Counted from the stretch's first letter, positions 8,840-19,975 are shown. The stretch: 64,000 nucleotides of DNA from an uncultured cyanobacterium (GCA_963703315.1 OY969811.1:1184001-1248000), one strand, 5' to 3'. A program made the numbers and translations. Notes: generated by a model from the sequence alone, not told the origin.

Positions 8840-10888
8840 TTAAATTAGTTCGATGTCCGTGAGATTAATGGATAGCTTCATTGTCCCCAGACGCACAGAA
8901 AATTCACCAGAACTATTTGGGGCGGTGAGTACTTGAGCAATTTTGCCAAATTTGGGAATTCTGACGCGATCGCCTACTTTCACCTGTACCTCGATTTTCT
9001 CTTCAGCAATCACAGGCAGATGTCGCTTAGTTAATTCTCCGATCCTCTGTTCAGTGCGTTGGACATCAGCCGTCAGTTGTTCGCCACTTTGTTCACCTTT
9101 TTGCAATTTACGGATTACCCGACCGACTTCTTTCTGGGCTTGGGAGATCGCCGCATTAACCTCTTTTTCTTGACGTTCACGGAGTTCTTTTTCCTGCGAT
9201 CGCATTTTTGCAGCCCGATCCAAAATCTCACGATGCAAGCGCTCGGTCTCAGCGAGTAGATGGGCGGCGGACTGCGTTTTTTGAGTTTGTTCTCGACGCT
9301 GGGCTTCTAGCTCTGCAATTACATCGTTCATTTCCGCCGAACCCATTCCCACCCGCACTTGTGCTGCATCCAGAATATCCTGTGGTAAACCTAACCGACC
9401 TGCGATCGCCAGAGCGTTCGACCGTCCGGGAATGCCCCACAGCAAATGATAGGTGGGTGCAAGAGACGCATCATCAAATTCTACGGAAGCATTTTCAAAT
9501 TTGGGATTTTGATATTTTAGGGCTTTGAGTTCACCAAAGTGAGTTGTGGCAATACTGAGGCGCGTATGTTCGCCAAGATGTTCCAATAGTGCTGTAGCGA
9601 TCGCACTACCTTCTGAGGGGTCAGTACCTGCGCCCACTTCATCGAGCAGTACTAGCGATTGATTTGAAATTGAGTCCAAAATTCTACCAATGCGGCGAAT
9701 ATGTCCTGAAAAAGTTGAGAGATTCTGTTGCAGTGATTGTTCATCACCAATATCCGCAAGGACGAGATCAAACCAAGGTAATTCCACAGGCTCCCTCGCA
9801 GGAATATACATTCCTGCCTTTGCCATTAGCGCCGCTAGCCCAAAGGTTTTTAAGGTTGCCGTTTTACCACCAGTATTAGGACCTGTAATTACGACTACGG
9901 AAATCTGTGGTGACACCAACACATCTACGGGTACAACCTCGCGCCCCTCTTCGTTGCGTTGCTGCCAAACTAGTAAAGGATGTCGCAATTGTCGCAGCAC
10001 GATCGCTTCATTTTCCATAAAATGCGGTGGATTTGCCCCTAACCAATAGGCATACCTTGCCCTTGCCACAGCTAGATCAATCTTGGTGACGATAATCAGT
10101 AACTTTTGCAAATCTTCGGCGATCGCAGTCACCTTCGCACTCAGATCCGCCAAAATAATCTCGATTTGAGCTTGCTCCATTTTGAGGAGTTGCCGCAACC
10201 GATTATTGGACTGCACGATGGAATTCGGCTCGACAAATAGAGTCATGCCTGTGCTGGAAGTATCGTGAATTACCCCCGGAATGCGATCGCGTTGGGGTGA
10301 CTTGACTGACAAAACATAGCGATCGTTGCGTTGGGTAATGATCTGTTCTTGCAAGGAGCTAGAATTGCGCTGCATGATATTTTGCAGCTTGGTAAGAATT
10401 TGATCGCGCACTGAGGTTAACTCATCACGAATTTCTCCTAACCGCACCGAAGCCCGATCTAAAACATTGCCCCCTTCATCAATGCAGCGATAAATTTCCT
10501 GCTCGACATCGGGATAGGTTCGCAATTCACTCGCCAAAATCTGTAAATTTGGGCAGTAATCGGCATTATCTAACTGACGGCGTAAATTTCGCGCCCCTGC
10601 CAAAGTCGTAGCGATCGCCCATAGTTCACCTGCTGACAAAATCCCCTGTTTCTCAGCCCGCAGCACCGCCTCCGTAATATTTTGAATCCCATCTAAAGAT
10701 ACCCCTGCATTGCGCTCCTCAAGGGAATACACCTCTTTAGTTTGGGTGAGTAATTCTAATGTTTCATCGTAGCGATCGGGTATCGGCAAATGCACCGCCG
10801 CGATCGCCCCCAGCTTCGTCGTTGTAAATGTTGATAAATGCTGACATAAACGATTCCATTCCAACAGTTCTAACGTCTCAGCTTGCAT
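8840..10888 (-). CDS. mutS2: MutS2-family protein without a C-terminal Smr domain
   Basis: ITGPNTGGKT, DEQSLQQNLSTFSGH, LLDEVGAGTDP, coiled coil, KOW-like end. Confidence 0.93.
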   Translation of the reverse strand: MQAETLELLEWNRLCQHLSTFTTTKLGAIAAVHLPIPDRYDETLELLTQTKEVYSLEERNAGVSLDGIQNITEAVLRAEKQGILSAGELWAIATTLAGARNLRRQLDNADYCPNLQILASELRTYPDVEQEIYRCIDEGGNVLDRASVRLGEIRDELTSVRDQILTKLQNIMQRNSSSLQEQIITQRNDRYVLSVKSPQRDRIPGVIHDTSSTGMTLFVEPNSIVQSNNRLRQLLKMEQAQIEIILADLSAKVTAIAEDLQKLLIIVTKIDLAVARARYAYWLGANPPHFMENEAIVLRQLRHPLLVWQQRNEEGREVVPVDVLVSPQISVVVITGPNTGGKTATLKTFGLAALMAKAGMYIPAREPVELPWFDLVLADIGDEQSLQQNLSTFSGHIRRIGRILDSISNQSLVLLDEVGAGTDPSEGSAIATALLEHLGEHTRLSIATTHFGELKALKYQNPKFENASVEFDDASLAPTYHLLWGIPGRSNALAIAGRLGLPQDILDAAQVRVGMGSAEMNDVIAELEAQRREQTQKTQSAAHLLAETERLHREILDRAAKMRSQEKELRERQEKEVNAAISQAQKEVGRVIRKLQKGEQSGEQLTADVQRTEQRIGELTKRHLPVIAEEKIEVQVKVGDRVRIPKFGKIAQVLTAPNSSGEFSVRLGTMKLSINLTDIELI

Positions 10889-10914
10889 GACACCTCAAAA
10901 TAGATTTCTACTGA

Positions 10915-11130
10915 ATCAAAGGAAGTCAGCAAAGCTGACTTCCTTTGATCTTACTTTTCTATTGTGCCAAAAATCTATGTAGTGAAGCACGGGTTTGTTT
11001 CCCCGTCTTTGGCGGAGAAACAAACCTATGTACCTCGCTTGCTTGAAAAGCTGTATAAACAAGGGGCTTAAGCCCCTTGCCTGTAGTAAAAAAAAAGAGG
11101 CGCTTAGCGCCTCTTTTTTTTACTACAGGC
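10915..11130. repeat. Cluster of hairpins plus one MITE-like element (10980-11057)
   Basis: Hairpins at 10915-10949 (GCAAAGC apex), 11059-11079 and 11079-11130 (GCTTAGC apex). 10980-11057 resembles 13977-14051 and 48107-48201. Confidence 0.8.
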
Positions 11131-11329
11131 GAGAAGCTAGTCTCTCGAAATCCGCTTGAGTACTCGATAGCATTCTGCTACGGCTATCTTGAGTGCGATC
11201 GCTACTCAAATTCGGGACGAGGTTACGGGCTTGCAATGCCATGTGTAATTGCAAGTGTGCGACGTATTCGCTGAGATCACCTTGCTGAAGCTCTAAAGAT
11301 TTGTTGCTAGTCACCGCGTTACCTCTCAT
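11123..11329 (-). CDS. Small conserved cyanobacterial hypothetical protein
   Basis: EYVAHLQLHMALQARNLVP...TQADFERLASR. Confidence 0.65.
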   Translation of the reverse strand: MRGNAVTSNKSLELQQGDLSEYVAHLQLHMALQARNLVPNLSSDRTQDSRSRMLSSTQADFERLASRL

Positions 11330-11734
11330 AAATGTATGTGAATGTAAACTAAATTTAATCTTTTAAAAATGATGGAGAGTTTTTTGATTAAAATCAAGTC
11401 TTTTCTACGACTTTCGATATAGAACTTATCATACTAGGGTTATTACCCTTGATGGTTGGATACGAAGCGTAATCTTTTGATGTAATACTTTACAATTATT
11501 AAAAATATCGGTTTAAAAGAGTTTTGGATACACTGTATCCAAAACTCTTGATTTGATTTGGCTCATACCAATTGCTGATATTAGGCAGCTTTACGATAGA
11601 AAGCTGTGCGTTAATGTATTCTAGATATGGACTTGACCTATCATCCAAAGTAATTGCCGATAGGTTTATTCAACTCTTTTTTGATAAAATTTTATTAAAA
11701 TTTCTGTTATTTATTTCATTTAACAATCCGAATT

Positions 11735-12283
11735 ATGCTTAAACGTGCTGTCTCTACTTTGCTTGTGGTATTTGCCCTGTTTTTGACCAGTTGCGCTAGC
11801 ACTCCCACAAGTGGCTTAGTCCCCTTTGCCGATAGTAAGGACGGCTACCGATTTTTATATCCTAATGGTTGGACAGAAACTAAAGGCAACTCAGCGATCG
11901 ATATTTTGTTCCATGACATTATTGAGCCGTCTGAGAATGTTTCTGTTGCCATTAGCAAGCTAGAAACAGTGAAAACGCTTGAAGAAATCGGTGATCCTGA
12001 AGCAATCGGTTTGCGTGTGCAGAATCGGGTGGTTGCTCCAGAAGGTTCGGGTCGTCAAGCACAGTTAATTAAAGCTGAGCAGAAAGAATCAGGCGATCGC
12101 AACTATTACATTTTTGAATATGCAGTTCAGCGTCAGCAAGGTGAACCACGCCACGATCTCGTAACCGTATCCACAAATCGCGGTAATCTCTACACCTTAA
12201 GCATTTCTAGCCCTGAGAGACGTTGGGAAAAAGTCAAAGATTTGTTTGCTAGAGTTGCCAAATCTTTCACCATCGATGAATAG
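11735..12283 (+). CDS. psbP: Photosystem II PsbP (CyanoP) lipoprotein
   Basis: Lipobox LTSC; DGYRFLYPNGW, FHDIIEPSENVSV, ERRWEKVKDLF. Confidence 0.9.
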   Translation: MLKRAVSTLLVVFALFLTSCASTPTSGLVPFADSKDGYRFLYPNGWTETKGNSAIDILFHDIIEPSENVSVAISKLETVKTLEEIGDPEAIGLRVQNRVVAPEGSGRQAQLIKAEQKESGDRNYYIFEYAVQRQQGEPRHDLVTVSTNRGNLYTLSISSPERRWEKVKDLFARVAKSFTIDE

Positions 12284-12327
12284 CAACTGATAGATTTTGC
12301 ATCTTTAAATTTGCGTCTTTAAATATA

Positions 12328-13485
12328 ATGTCTCAAATTCTCATCATTGATGACGACCCTACTATTAGAATGACTCTTCAGAGATTTCTCAAGAGTCAAA
12401 ACTATGATGTAGTCGTAGCAAAGGATGGAGAGGAAGGATTAGCCAAAGCCAGAGAGTTACATCCATCCTTAATTATTTGTGATTGGATGATGCCGATCAT
12501 TGATGGTTTAGAGGTATGCCGTCAAATCAAAAGCAATGTGGAATTAGCAAATATCTATCTGATTTTGCTAACAGCACGAGATCAAGAGGTAGACTTGGTG
12601 CGTGGCTTGGAGATGGGTGCTGATGACTTTTTAAGTAAACCTCCCCGCATTAATGAGTTACGGGCAAGGGTTCGGGCGGGGCTGCGTCTTTATCACGCAA
12701 CCGAAGAAATCCAAAGACAAAAGCGATTAATTGAGCAGGAGCTATCTCAAGCTTCTGAATATGTGCGATCGCTGTTACCAGCACCTCTGACTGGCAACAT
12801 CTCGATTCAGTCTAGTTTTTTGCCATCAACGCAACTTGGTGGCGATAGCTTTGATTATTTTTGGCTAGATGGCGATCGCCTTGCCCTGTACTTGTTAGAT
12901 GTATCAGGGCATGGGGTTGGGTCGGCATTGCTATCAGTTTCTGTGTTAAACCTGATGCGTACACGCAGCTTAAGACATAGCCAAACATCCCAAGATATTA
13001 CAAATTTTTATCACCCCAGTGAAGTATTAACGGATCTGAATAATACTTTTCAGATGACTGTCCATAATGAAATGTACTTCACGATTTGGTATGGCGTATA
13101 TGACAAACGGACGCATCAGCTTGTATATGCCAGTGGTGGTCATCCTCCTGCGGTCTTAATTTCTAATGAAGAAATTCCTAAAATTAAGCTATTGAAAACT
13201 GCGGGGCTGCCGATTGGCATGATGCCTGACGTTACTTATCAGGAACAGGTTTGTGAAATTGATACTGATAGCCGCTTATATCTATTTAGTGATGGAGTCT
13301 ATGAAATTTCACAAGAGGACGATAGTATTTGGGGCTTTAATTCTTTAATCGATACCTTTATTCGGATTCCTAGCGATCGCCAATCCCGCATCGACTATAT
13401 TTTAACTTGTGTTAAAGAAGCTGCGAATAACAAACCATTTGAAGATGACTTATCGTTACTAGAAGTAGAATTTCACCTGAACTAA
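12328..13485 (+). CDS. Receiver + SpoIIE/PP2C phosphatase (RsbU-like)
   Basis: N-terminal REC domain; LGGDSFDY, LDVSGHG, FSDGVYE, EDDLSLL. Confidence 0.92.
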   Translation: MSQILIIDDDPTIRMTLQRFLKSQNYDVVVAKDGEEGLAKARELHPSLIICDWMMPIIDGLEVCRQIKSNVELANIYLILLTARDQEVDLVRGLEMGADDFLSKPPRINELRARVRAGLRLYHATEEIQRQKRLIEQELSQASEYVRSLLPAPLTGNISIQSSFLPSTQLGGDSFDYFWLDGDRLALYLLDVSGHGVGSALLSVSVLNLMRTRSLRHSQTSQDITNFYHPSEVLTDLNNTFQMTVHNEMYFTIWYGVYDKRTHQLVYASGGHPPAVLISNEEIPKIKLLKTAGLPIGMMPDVTYQEQVCEIDTDSRLYLFSDGVYEISQEDDSIWGFNSLIDTFIRIPSDRQSRIDYILTCVKEAANNKPFEDDLSLLEVEFHLN

Positions 13486-13532
13486 AGAGAGGGGGCGCAT
13501 TGCGCCCCCTCTCTTCTAATATGCCGAGGCAC

Positions 13533-13856
13533 TTAATTTAAGGTTGCATTAAATTCATCAACTGTTGCATAAATTTTAAAAATTTTAGTCATGCTCGTTA
13601 GTTCAAATAGCATTTGTACTTGCTCATTAGCTCCACAGATGACCATATCACCCTTACTGTTACGAATTGACTTTAACGCCGAAACAAGCGCTCCCAGCCC
13701 AGAACTATCCATAAACGAGATCTCCTGAAGATCGACTACTAAATACTTAGGAGGGTTGGCTATGGATGCAATGTCGCTAACCTGTCGGCGGAAATCAGCA
13801 GCAGTAGTAACATCTAGTCTCCCTAATGGCTGGACAACTTTTACTTCATTATTCAT
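13533..13856 (-). CDS. STAS-domain anti-sigma-factor antagonist
   Basis: GRLDV, VDLQEISFMDSSGLGALV. Confidence 0.92.
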   Translation of the reverse strand: MNNEVKVVQPLGRLDVTTAADFRRQVSDIASIANPPKYLVVDLQEISFMDSSGLGALVSALKSIRNSKGDMVICGANEQVQMLFELTSMTKIFKIYATVDEFNATLN

Positions 13857-13976
13857 AGGTTTATTTAACGGTTCCCCATAAGCATAAATCGTTATCGATA
13901 AATTTGGCTCTTATTTAGGTTTTAATGGTTTCTTAGCAATATTATAGCGATCGCTCCATGCTAAGACCAAACCAGA

Positions 13977-14051
13977 AGTGAAGTAAGGGATTGTTTCCCT
14001 GCCTTTGGCGGGGAAACAATCCCTTACTTCGGCTGCTTGAAAAATGCTATA
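13977..14051. mobile_element. MITE-like repeat, family with a gggattgtttcccc..ctttggcggggaaacaatccc hairpin
   Basis: Similar copies at 10980-11057, 48107-48201 (inverted) and an internally deleted one at 49473-49527. Confidence 0.65.
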
Positions 14052-14098
14052 GGCGATCGCTACGAACAATTTTTTTGATTTTTGAAATTTCTAAATTT

Positions 14099-15178
14099 AT
14101 GGCTGAGTTAATTGATTTACAAGCGATCCAGAATGCCTTAGAGCCAATTGTCGATCCCGATTGCCAAAAAAGTATTATCGAATTAAATATGGTGCGTGAT
14201 ATTGCCATTAAGTCTAATGGGGTAGTCAGCTTTACTTTATTACTAAATGATCCGAATAGTCCTAAGCGTGATCCGTTAATTCAAGAATGTAAAACTGCGA
14301 TTAAGGCGATCGCTGATGTCAGTGATGTATGGGTGAAGGTAATTGCTGATAGTCCTGTTGTTGCCACACCAGCACCACCAACCAATGCCTTGCAGGGTAT
14401 CGAAGGTGTGAAATATGTTCTCGCTATTTCTAGTGGTAAAGGTGGCGTGGGCAAGACATCAGTTGCCGTCAATGTTGCCGTAGCCCTTGCTGATATGGGT
14501 GCAAAAGTAGGCATTCTCGATGCAGACATTTATGGACCAAACGTACCTGTGATGTTGGGTATGGAAGCAGCCCAAGTCAAGGTGGTCAAAGCCGAAAATG
14601 GCGCTGATGTAGTTGAGCCAGCCTTTAACTATGGCGTAAAAATGATCTCAATGGCATTTTTGATTGCGAAGGATCAGCCTGTGGTCTGGCGAGGACCGAT
14701 GCTCAATGGGGTGATCCGTCAGTTTCTCTATCAAGCTAACTGGGGCGAACTAGATTATTTAATTGTGGATATGCCTCCCGGAACTGGTGATGCACAGTTA
14801 ACCCTCACTCAGTCCGTACCATTGGCAGGAGCCGTAATTGTCACCACACCGCAAACCGTATCACTATTAGATTCGCGTAAGGGATTGAAGATGTTTCAAA
14901 ACATGGGTATTCCCGTTTTAGGTATTGTCGAAAATATGAGCTATTTCATCCCACCCGATATGCCTGATAAGCAGTACGACATTTTTGGTTCTGGTGGCGG
15001 TAAAAAAGCCTCTGACGAGCTTGGTGTGGATTTACTCGGTTGTGTGCCTCTAGAAATCAGTTTGCGTGAAGGTGGAGATCGCGGCGTACCAATCGTGTTA
15101 GGTCATCCTGAGTCTGCGTCTGCTAAAGCGTTAAGAGAGATTGCTAAGGCGATCGCGGCAAAAGTACAGCTAGGTTGA
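14099..15178 (+). CDS. mrp: Mrp/ApbC/NBP35 Fe-S cluster carrier ATPase
   Basis: SSGKGGVGKT, DADIYGP, WRGPM, DMPPGTGD, ENMS. ATG at 14099; the ORF track extends upstream through a repeat. Confidence 0.93.
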   Translation: MAELIDLQAIQNALEPIVDPDCQKSIIELNMVRDIAIKSNGVVSFTLLLNDPNSPKRDPLIQECKTAIKAIADVSDVWVKVIADSPVVATPAPPTNALQGIEGVKYVLAISSGKGGVGKTSVAVNVAVALADMGAKVGILDADIYGPNVPVMLGMEAAQVKVVKAENGADVVEPAFNYGVKMISMAFLIAKDQPVVWRGPMLNGVIRQFLYQANWGELDYLIVDMPPGTGDAQLTLTQSVPLAGAVIVTTPQTVSLLDSRKGLKMFQNMGIPVLGIVENMSYFIPPDMPDKQYDIFGSGGGKKASDELGVDLLGCVPLEISLREGGDRGVPIVLGHPESASAKALREIAKAIAAKVQLG

Positions 15179-15193
15179 TTACAATTTGCTATC

Positions 15194-15275
15194 TATAGCA
15201 AAACCCAAAAGCTAGTTGCGGCGCTCCGCGCCGCAACTAGCTTTTGGGTTTTGTGTCTTAACTTGCTTGGCTATA
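15194..15275. mobile_element. MITE-like repeat TATAGC...GCTATA with gttgcggcgc-NNN-gcgccgcaac hairpin
   Basis: Related copies at 48420-48534, 60756-60802 and 57130-57170. Confidence 0.65.
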
Positions 15276-15950
15276 TTAGCGAAAGATAATTACTTGGTTA
15301 CCACCTTTTTGTAATTCATAGTTCACGGAGATAATATCCGAGGTAATTCCTTCGTTGGCTAAAATATTGCATATTTCATCAAGATATGGCGATCGCGCTT
15401 GTGCCAAAGTTAATAAAGGAAATATTCGCACCTCTTCGGCAATACGACAAAGTTCACGCACTGATTCTAAATGGAATTCAAAGCTGAGATGGTCAGAATA
15501 AAGAAATAGAAAATGCGAACATAGAGCAAGGTGAAATTGCTTATCTTGAAAATTGAGCTTTGGTAATTCATCATTCAGATACCTGCCCTCTAACTTGCCG
15601 CGATCGTAATCTTCAAGAAATAAGGCGATCGCCTGTTCTCGATTGGCGCGTAAATCTTCAGGAGACTTGTGATAGTTCCATACCCAGTTATTCGGTGTAT
15701 TGCAAACCTGTTCGATAATTTCATCAACACAAGCATCAAAGCGACTTTTAATTTCTGCACCAGTAAATTGATAAATGGGATCAATTGATGTAACTGAATA
15801 ACCTGAAGCTGTCATTTCGGCATTAAAACTTGCTGGTCCATCACCAATGCCAATTATGGATTTATGGCGATCGCTTTCTGACAACGCAAACATCAATTCA
15901 TATTCTGCTTTTGATCTTCCAAAAGGAACTACTCGATCTAAGATCACCAT
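15276..15950 (-). CDS. SAM-dependent methyltransferase-like protein
   Basis: GDGPASFNAE, SIDPIY, LALCSHFLFLY, EVRIFPL. Confidence 0.8.
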   Translation of the reverse strand: MVILDRVVPFGRSKAEYELMFALSESDRHKSIIGIGDGPASFNAEMTASGYSVTSIDPIYQFTGAEIKSRFDACVDEIIEQVCNTPNNWVWNYHKSPEDLRANREQAIALFLEDYDRGKLEGRYLNDELPKLNFQDKQFHLALCSHFLFLYSDHLSFEFHLESVRELCRIAEEVRIFPLLTLAQARSPYLDEICNILANEGITSDIISVNYELQKGGNQVIIFR

Positions 15951-16374
15951 GACTTATTACCTAAATATGATTTTGTCTACACCATAGGTCTAAATACACC
16001 AATTTCAGCCATATGATGACACAGAAAAAATACAAAAACATGAATAAAATATGATTAATAACTGATTCTGAATACGCCCAAAACTTTTAAACAGTCTCAC
16101 GGTTAAGTTCTTTTTTGAGTTTATTACTCATCGACAGATCTTTGATTTTTCTGTATCTTTCACCTATGAATTTTTCTCACAACTCATTTAGTATTGCTAT
16201 ATATAGTGACATTTTAAGTATTTATAAGAAATAATTAGGTTAAAGAAATATCAGATATTATCCTAATTATTCTGTTACTTCCCATAATCCATAATGTTCT
16301 CATTGTAGATATAGTCAAAGTTAAAGTAATAGATTTGTCGTTTGCTTCATATATTTTTAAGTAAGGAAAGCAAG

Positions 16375-17016
16375 ATGAGCCGCAATCAAAATCAAAACCA
16401 AAATAATGACAAAGGTAGTAATTTCACGAAAGGCTTTATTGCCTTGTTTGGGGTAGCTGCCTTGGGAGGAGGAGCTTACACCCTCTATTCCGTAATTAAA
16501 AATCAAAATAATCCTGTATTTAATATTCAGGGTTCTCAGGCAACGGCTAAAGCTGGAGACAACAATTTGACTTTAGTAAATTCTTCCCAAAATGCTGTCC
16601 CTTCAGCACTATCTGAAACTAATCAGGCTTCTCCTACTTCGACTCCATCACCAACGCCAACAGTCTCAAAAATTGTTGATATAAGTGTAGAAAATAAGTG
16701 GACTTTGAAAATCCCACTGTATAGGACTGACAAGGACAAGTGTAATTTAGTAGGTTTTAACTCTATACCTTTGTCTTCAAGTCGCGGAGGTGGTTTATAT
16801 GCTGGAGGGTTTGTGAATGTTTACGGTAATAATACTAACATACAAGGATCGGTGACAAGTTCAGGTACAGCCAATTTATCTCTTACGGGTAACAGCGGCA
16901 TAGTGGTCACATTTGAAAGTGATAACGTAACTAGTGCTGGCGAAACCATTATTACAGGAACTACAACGGCTATCAATTGTCCTCCTAGTAAGTTTGAACT
17001 TAGAAAGCAAGGTTAA
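16375..17016 (+). CDS. Hypothetical membrane-anchored protein
   Basis: N-terminal TM segment, S/T/P linker, beta-rich C-terminal domain; ATG at 16375. Confidence 0.65.
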   Translation: MSRNQNQNQNNDKGSNFTKGFIALFGVAALGGGAYTLYSVIKNQNNPVFNIQGSQATAKAGDNNLTLVNSSQNAVPSALSETNQASPTSTPSPTPTVSKIVDISVENKWTLKIPLYRTDKDKCNLVGFNSIPLSSSRGGGLYAGGFVNVYGNNTNIQGSVTSSGTANLSLTGNSGIVVTFESDNVTSAGETIITGTTTAINCPPSKFELRKQG

Positions 17017-17192
17017 GAATTTTAGAGAAACTGTAAATTAGCAAGACGTTAATGCTCGATTTATTTCATAAGTTTTATCGTCAAGAGATAACTATCTCTA
17101 TATAGATAAAAAATGCAGGTGATCGGTACAAAGTATCGCCTGCATTTTTTATCTATTCTGCATTTTGTGAGAATTTGAAGCGAATCTTAAAC

Positions 17193-19064
17193 TTAAAGCG
17201 CAGCAGCCAATTTTAAATCGTTAGTTTCTAGAATTTGTTGAAGCTCTTCGGCATCAACAGTCTCACGCTCAATCAAATCATGGGCAATCTTATCGAGAAC
17301 ATGACGGTTATCAATGAGAAGTTGTTTGGCGCGACGGTAAGCATCAGCTACCAAAATGCCAACTTCTTCATCAATAGTTGCTGCGGTTTCTTCAGAGAAG
17401 TCACGCTCAGCCGCGATGTCACGACCGAGGAACATATTGCCATTGGAACGACCAAGAGCAACAGGTCCTAGCTTCTCACTCATACCGAAACGCATCACCA
17501 TTTGACGCGCAACTGAGGCAACTTGCTGCAAGTCGCTGGATGCACCAGTGGTAACTTCTTCTTCACCAAAGACGATTTCTTCAGCGATCCGACCACCGAG
17601 GGCTACTGCCATTTGGTTTTGCAAGTAAGCGCGGCTTTGCATTCTTTCTTCAGTGGGTAAGAACCAAGTCAAACCACCAGCACGACCGCGAGGAATGATT
17701 GTTACCTTTTGAATGGCATCATAGTCGGGCATCAAAGCACCAACAAGAGCATGACCTGCTTCGTGATAGGCAACTAATTCTTTACGCTTTTCGCTCATGA
17801 CGCGATCTTTCTTTTCGGGACCAACCAAGACGCGATCGACAGCATCATTGATTTCATCCATTGAGATTTCGGTCAAGTTGCGACGGGCAGCCAGAATCGC
17901 GGCTTCATTCAACAGGTTAGAAAGATCTGCACCTGTGAATCCGGGAGTACGACGGGCAATCTTTTCGAGATCAACATCCTTTGATAGAGTCTTACCGCGT
18001 GCGTGGACTCCGAGAATTTCCAGACGACCTGCGAAGTCGGGGCGATCAACGACAACTTGGCGATCGAAACGACCGGGACGGAGTAATGCAGCATCAAGAA
18101 CGTCAGGACGGTTAGTTGCGGCAACAATGATGATGCCAGTGTTACCTTCAAACCCATCCATTTCGGTGAGCAATTGGTTCAGGGTTTGTTCACGCTCATC
18201 GTTACCACCGCCTAGACCAGCACCACGTTGACGACCGACGGCATCAATTTCATCGATGAAGACGATGCAAGGGGCATTAGCTTTAGCTTGCTCGAACAGG
18301 TCGCGCACACGGGATGCACCAACACCAACGAACATTTCGACGAACTCAGAACCAGAAATACTGAAGAAAGGTACGCCAGCTTCACCCGCAACCGCACGGG
18401 CTAGGAGAGTTTTACCTGTTCCGGGAGGACCAACTAGCAATACGCCTTTAGGAATTTTTGCGCCAACTGCCGTAAAGCGATCGGGATTTTTGAGAAAGTC
18501 TACTACTTCGGTAAGTTCAAACTTGGCTTGCTCAATACCTGCCACATCGGTGAAGGTGACTTGGGTTTGAGGCTCCATCTGCACGCGGGCGCGAGACTTA
18601 CCAAAATTCATTGCTTGGTTGCCAGGACCTGCTTGGGCGCGACGTAGTAGGAAAAACAAACCGACTAAAAGCAAAATTGGCAAAATTAAGCTGCTCAAGG
18701 TTTGCATCAACGCACCATCGGTGCGACGAGGAGCAACATCTAACTCAACTTTATTTTCTCTAAGGGTTTTAATAAATTCAGGATCGTTGGGGAGATTAAC
18801 ACGAACTTTGCGTTTACCTTCGGGTCCCCCAGGCACAGTTACTTCGGCATAGGTACGATCAGGACTTAGAGTAACCCTAGATACACCTGCGGGTTGTTTT
18901 CTGACTTCTTCGATCAGCTTACTGTAACGCCATTCACTTTGGGCGGCTGGCTGACTATCGAGCAGGGTTGTCCCTAAGGTAATGACGACAATGCCAAGCA
19001 GTGCGTATAAACCAAAATTTTTCCACTTTTTATTATTATTGTCGTTTTTATTATTGCTTTTCAC
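17193..19064 (-). CDS. ftsH3: ATP-dependent zinc metalloprotease FtsH (FtsH3 type)
   Basis: [13 protein letters not shown]-terminus, [25 protein letters not shown] at 19064 with GGAG upstream. Confidence 0.95.
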   Translation of the reverse strand: MKSNNKNDNNNKKWKNFGLYALLGIVVITLGTTLLDSQPAAQSEWRYSKLIEEVRKQPAGVSRVTLSPDRTYAEVTVPGGPEGKRKVRVNLPNDPEFIKTLRENKVELDVAPRRTDGALMQTLSSLILPILLLVGLFFLLRRAQAGPGNQAMNFGKSRARVQMEPQTQVTFTDVAGIEQAKFELTEVVDFLKNPDRFTAVGAKIPKGVLLVGPPGTGKTLLARAVAGEAGVPFFSISGSEFVEMFVGVGASRVRDLFEQAKANAPCIVFIDEIDAVGRQRGAGLGGGNDEREQTLNQLLTEMDGFEGNTGIIIVAATNRPDVLDAALLRPGRFDRQVVVDRPDFAGRLEILGVHARGKTLSKDVDLEKIARRTPGFTGADLSNLLNEAAILAARRNLTEISMDEINDAVDRVLVGPEKKDRVMSEKRKELVAYHEAGHALVGALMPDYDAIQKVTIIPRGRAGGLTWFLPTEERMQSRAYLQNQMAVALGGRIAEEIVFGEEEVTTGASSDLQQVASVARQMVMRFGMSEKLGPVALGRSNGNMFLGRDIAAERDFSEETAATIDEEVGILVADAYRRAKQLLIDNRHVLDKIAHDLIERETVDAEELQQILETNDLKLAAAL

Positions 19065-19282
19065 TACTACTGCTCCATCAATAGAGATGTTCTTAGATGA
19101 TTTTGCCAAGAACGAATGATTTAATTAACTAATCTTAACGTAAGTAGACTGGTATCTGTCGAAACGACCTCAGAATCCGTCTTTGGATCGATAATATAGC
19201 GATCGCCACGCAACATTACATCGCTTCGCATTCACATCAGAACAAAAAAATTTTGCAATTGTAACAACGATTCGTTTTAAAA

Positions 19283-19672
19283 TCAGAAAAACGGGCTGAC
19301 TAATAGCAAAATCAAACCTCTTAATGTCTGGACTAATGTGCTATCAGTGCGAGGAGGGGCAACATCAATTTCAATTTTATTATCGCTAACAACTCTGAGA
19401 AAATTAGGGTCGTTTGGTAGATTTACGCGAACTTTTTTATTGTCTTCGCTGCCACCAGAGATAGTAACTACCGCAAAAGTACGATCAGGGCTAAGAGTGA
19501 TTCTGGAGACACCTGCGGGTTTCTTTCTAACTTCTTCGAGTAGCTTACTATAGCTCCATTTGCCTTGTGGGGTTGGCTGACTATCGACGGAACTTGTTCC
19601 TAATGTAATAACAACAAGTCCTACTAGGGCGGACAAACCAAAGTTGTTCCACTTTTGATTATTGCTTTTCAC
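19283..19672 (-). CDS. Truncated FtsH3 N-terminal paralogue (TM1 + lumenal domain + partial TM2)
   Basis: Aligns along its length to the adjacent FtsH N-terminus ([43 protein letters not shown]). The upstream DNA is duplicated too. Confidence 0.8.
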   Translation of the reverse strand: MKSNNQKWNNFGLSALVGLVVITLGTSSVDSQPTPQGKWSYSKLLEEVRKKPAGVSRITLSPDRTFAVVTISGGSEDNKKVRVNLPNDPNFLRVVSDNKIEIDVAPPRTDSTLVQTLRGLILLLVSPFF

Positions 19673-19852
19673 TACTACTGCTCCAGCATATAAATGTATT
19701 CTTGGATGATTTTGCTAAGAACAGATGATTTAATTTATTGATTTTAATGCAAGTAATCTGGGATCTGTTGAAACGATCCGAGAATCCATTTTTGGATCGA
19801 TAACGCTATTTTTTTAAACGCAAGATAGAGTTCGTCGCAAAGCAGCTCTATC

Positions 19853-19959
19853 TTACAGCGCTTTGCGCTTAAACCCAAACCAAGAAATTTTTTGAAAGTG
19901 TTGCTTTGCAACACTTTCAAAAAATTTCTTGTGGTTCGTTTGATCGGCAATTGCTGTAA
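19853..19959. mobile_element. MITE-like repeat TTACAGC...GCTGTAA with central hairpin
   Basis: Related copies at 21314-21393 (inverted, partial) and 43021-43125. Confidence 0.7.
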
Positions 19960-19975
19960 GTGCAAATGTCGTAAT

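Noticed and set aside
17235..18852. Antisense ORFs over ftsH, and similar ones over mutS2, ispG, leuA and GH57
   Set aside because: Shadow frames of well-conserved genes with no motifs of their own.
19744..19965. Short ORFs over palindromic repeats (also 11077-11274, 57109-57294, 48617-48802 and the 5' extension 13991-14098)
   Set aside because: They run through MITE/hairpin DNA and have no protein-like features.
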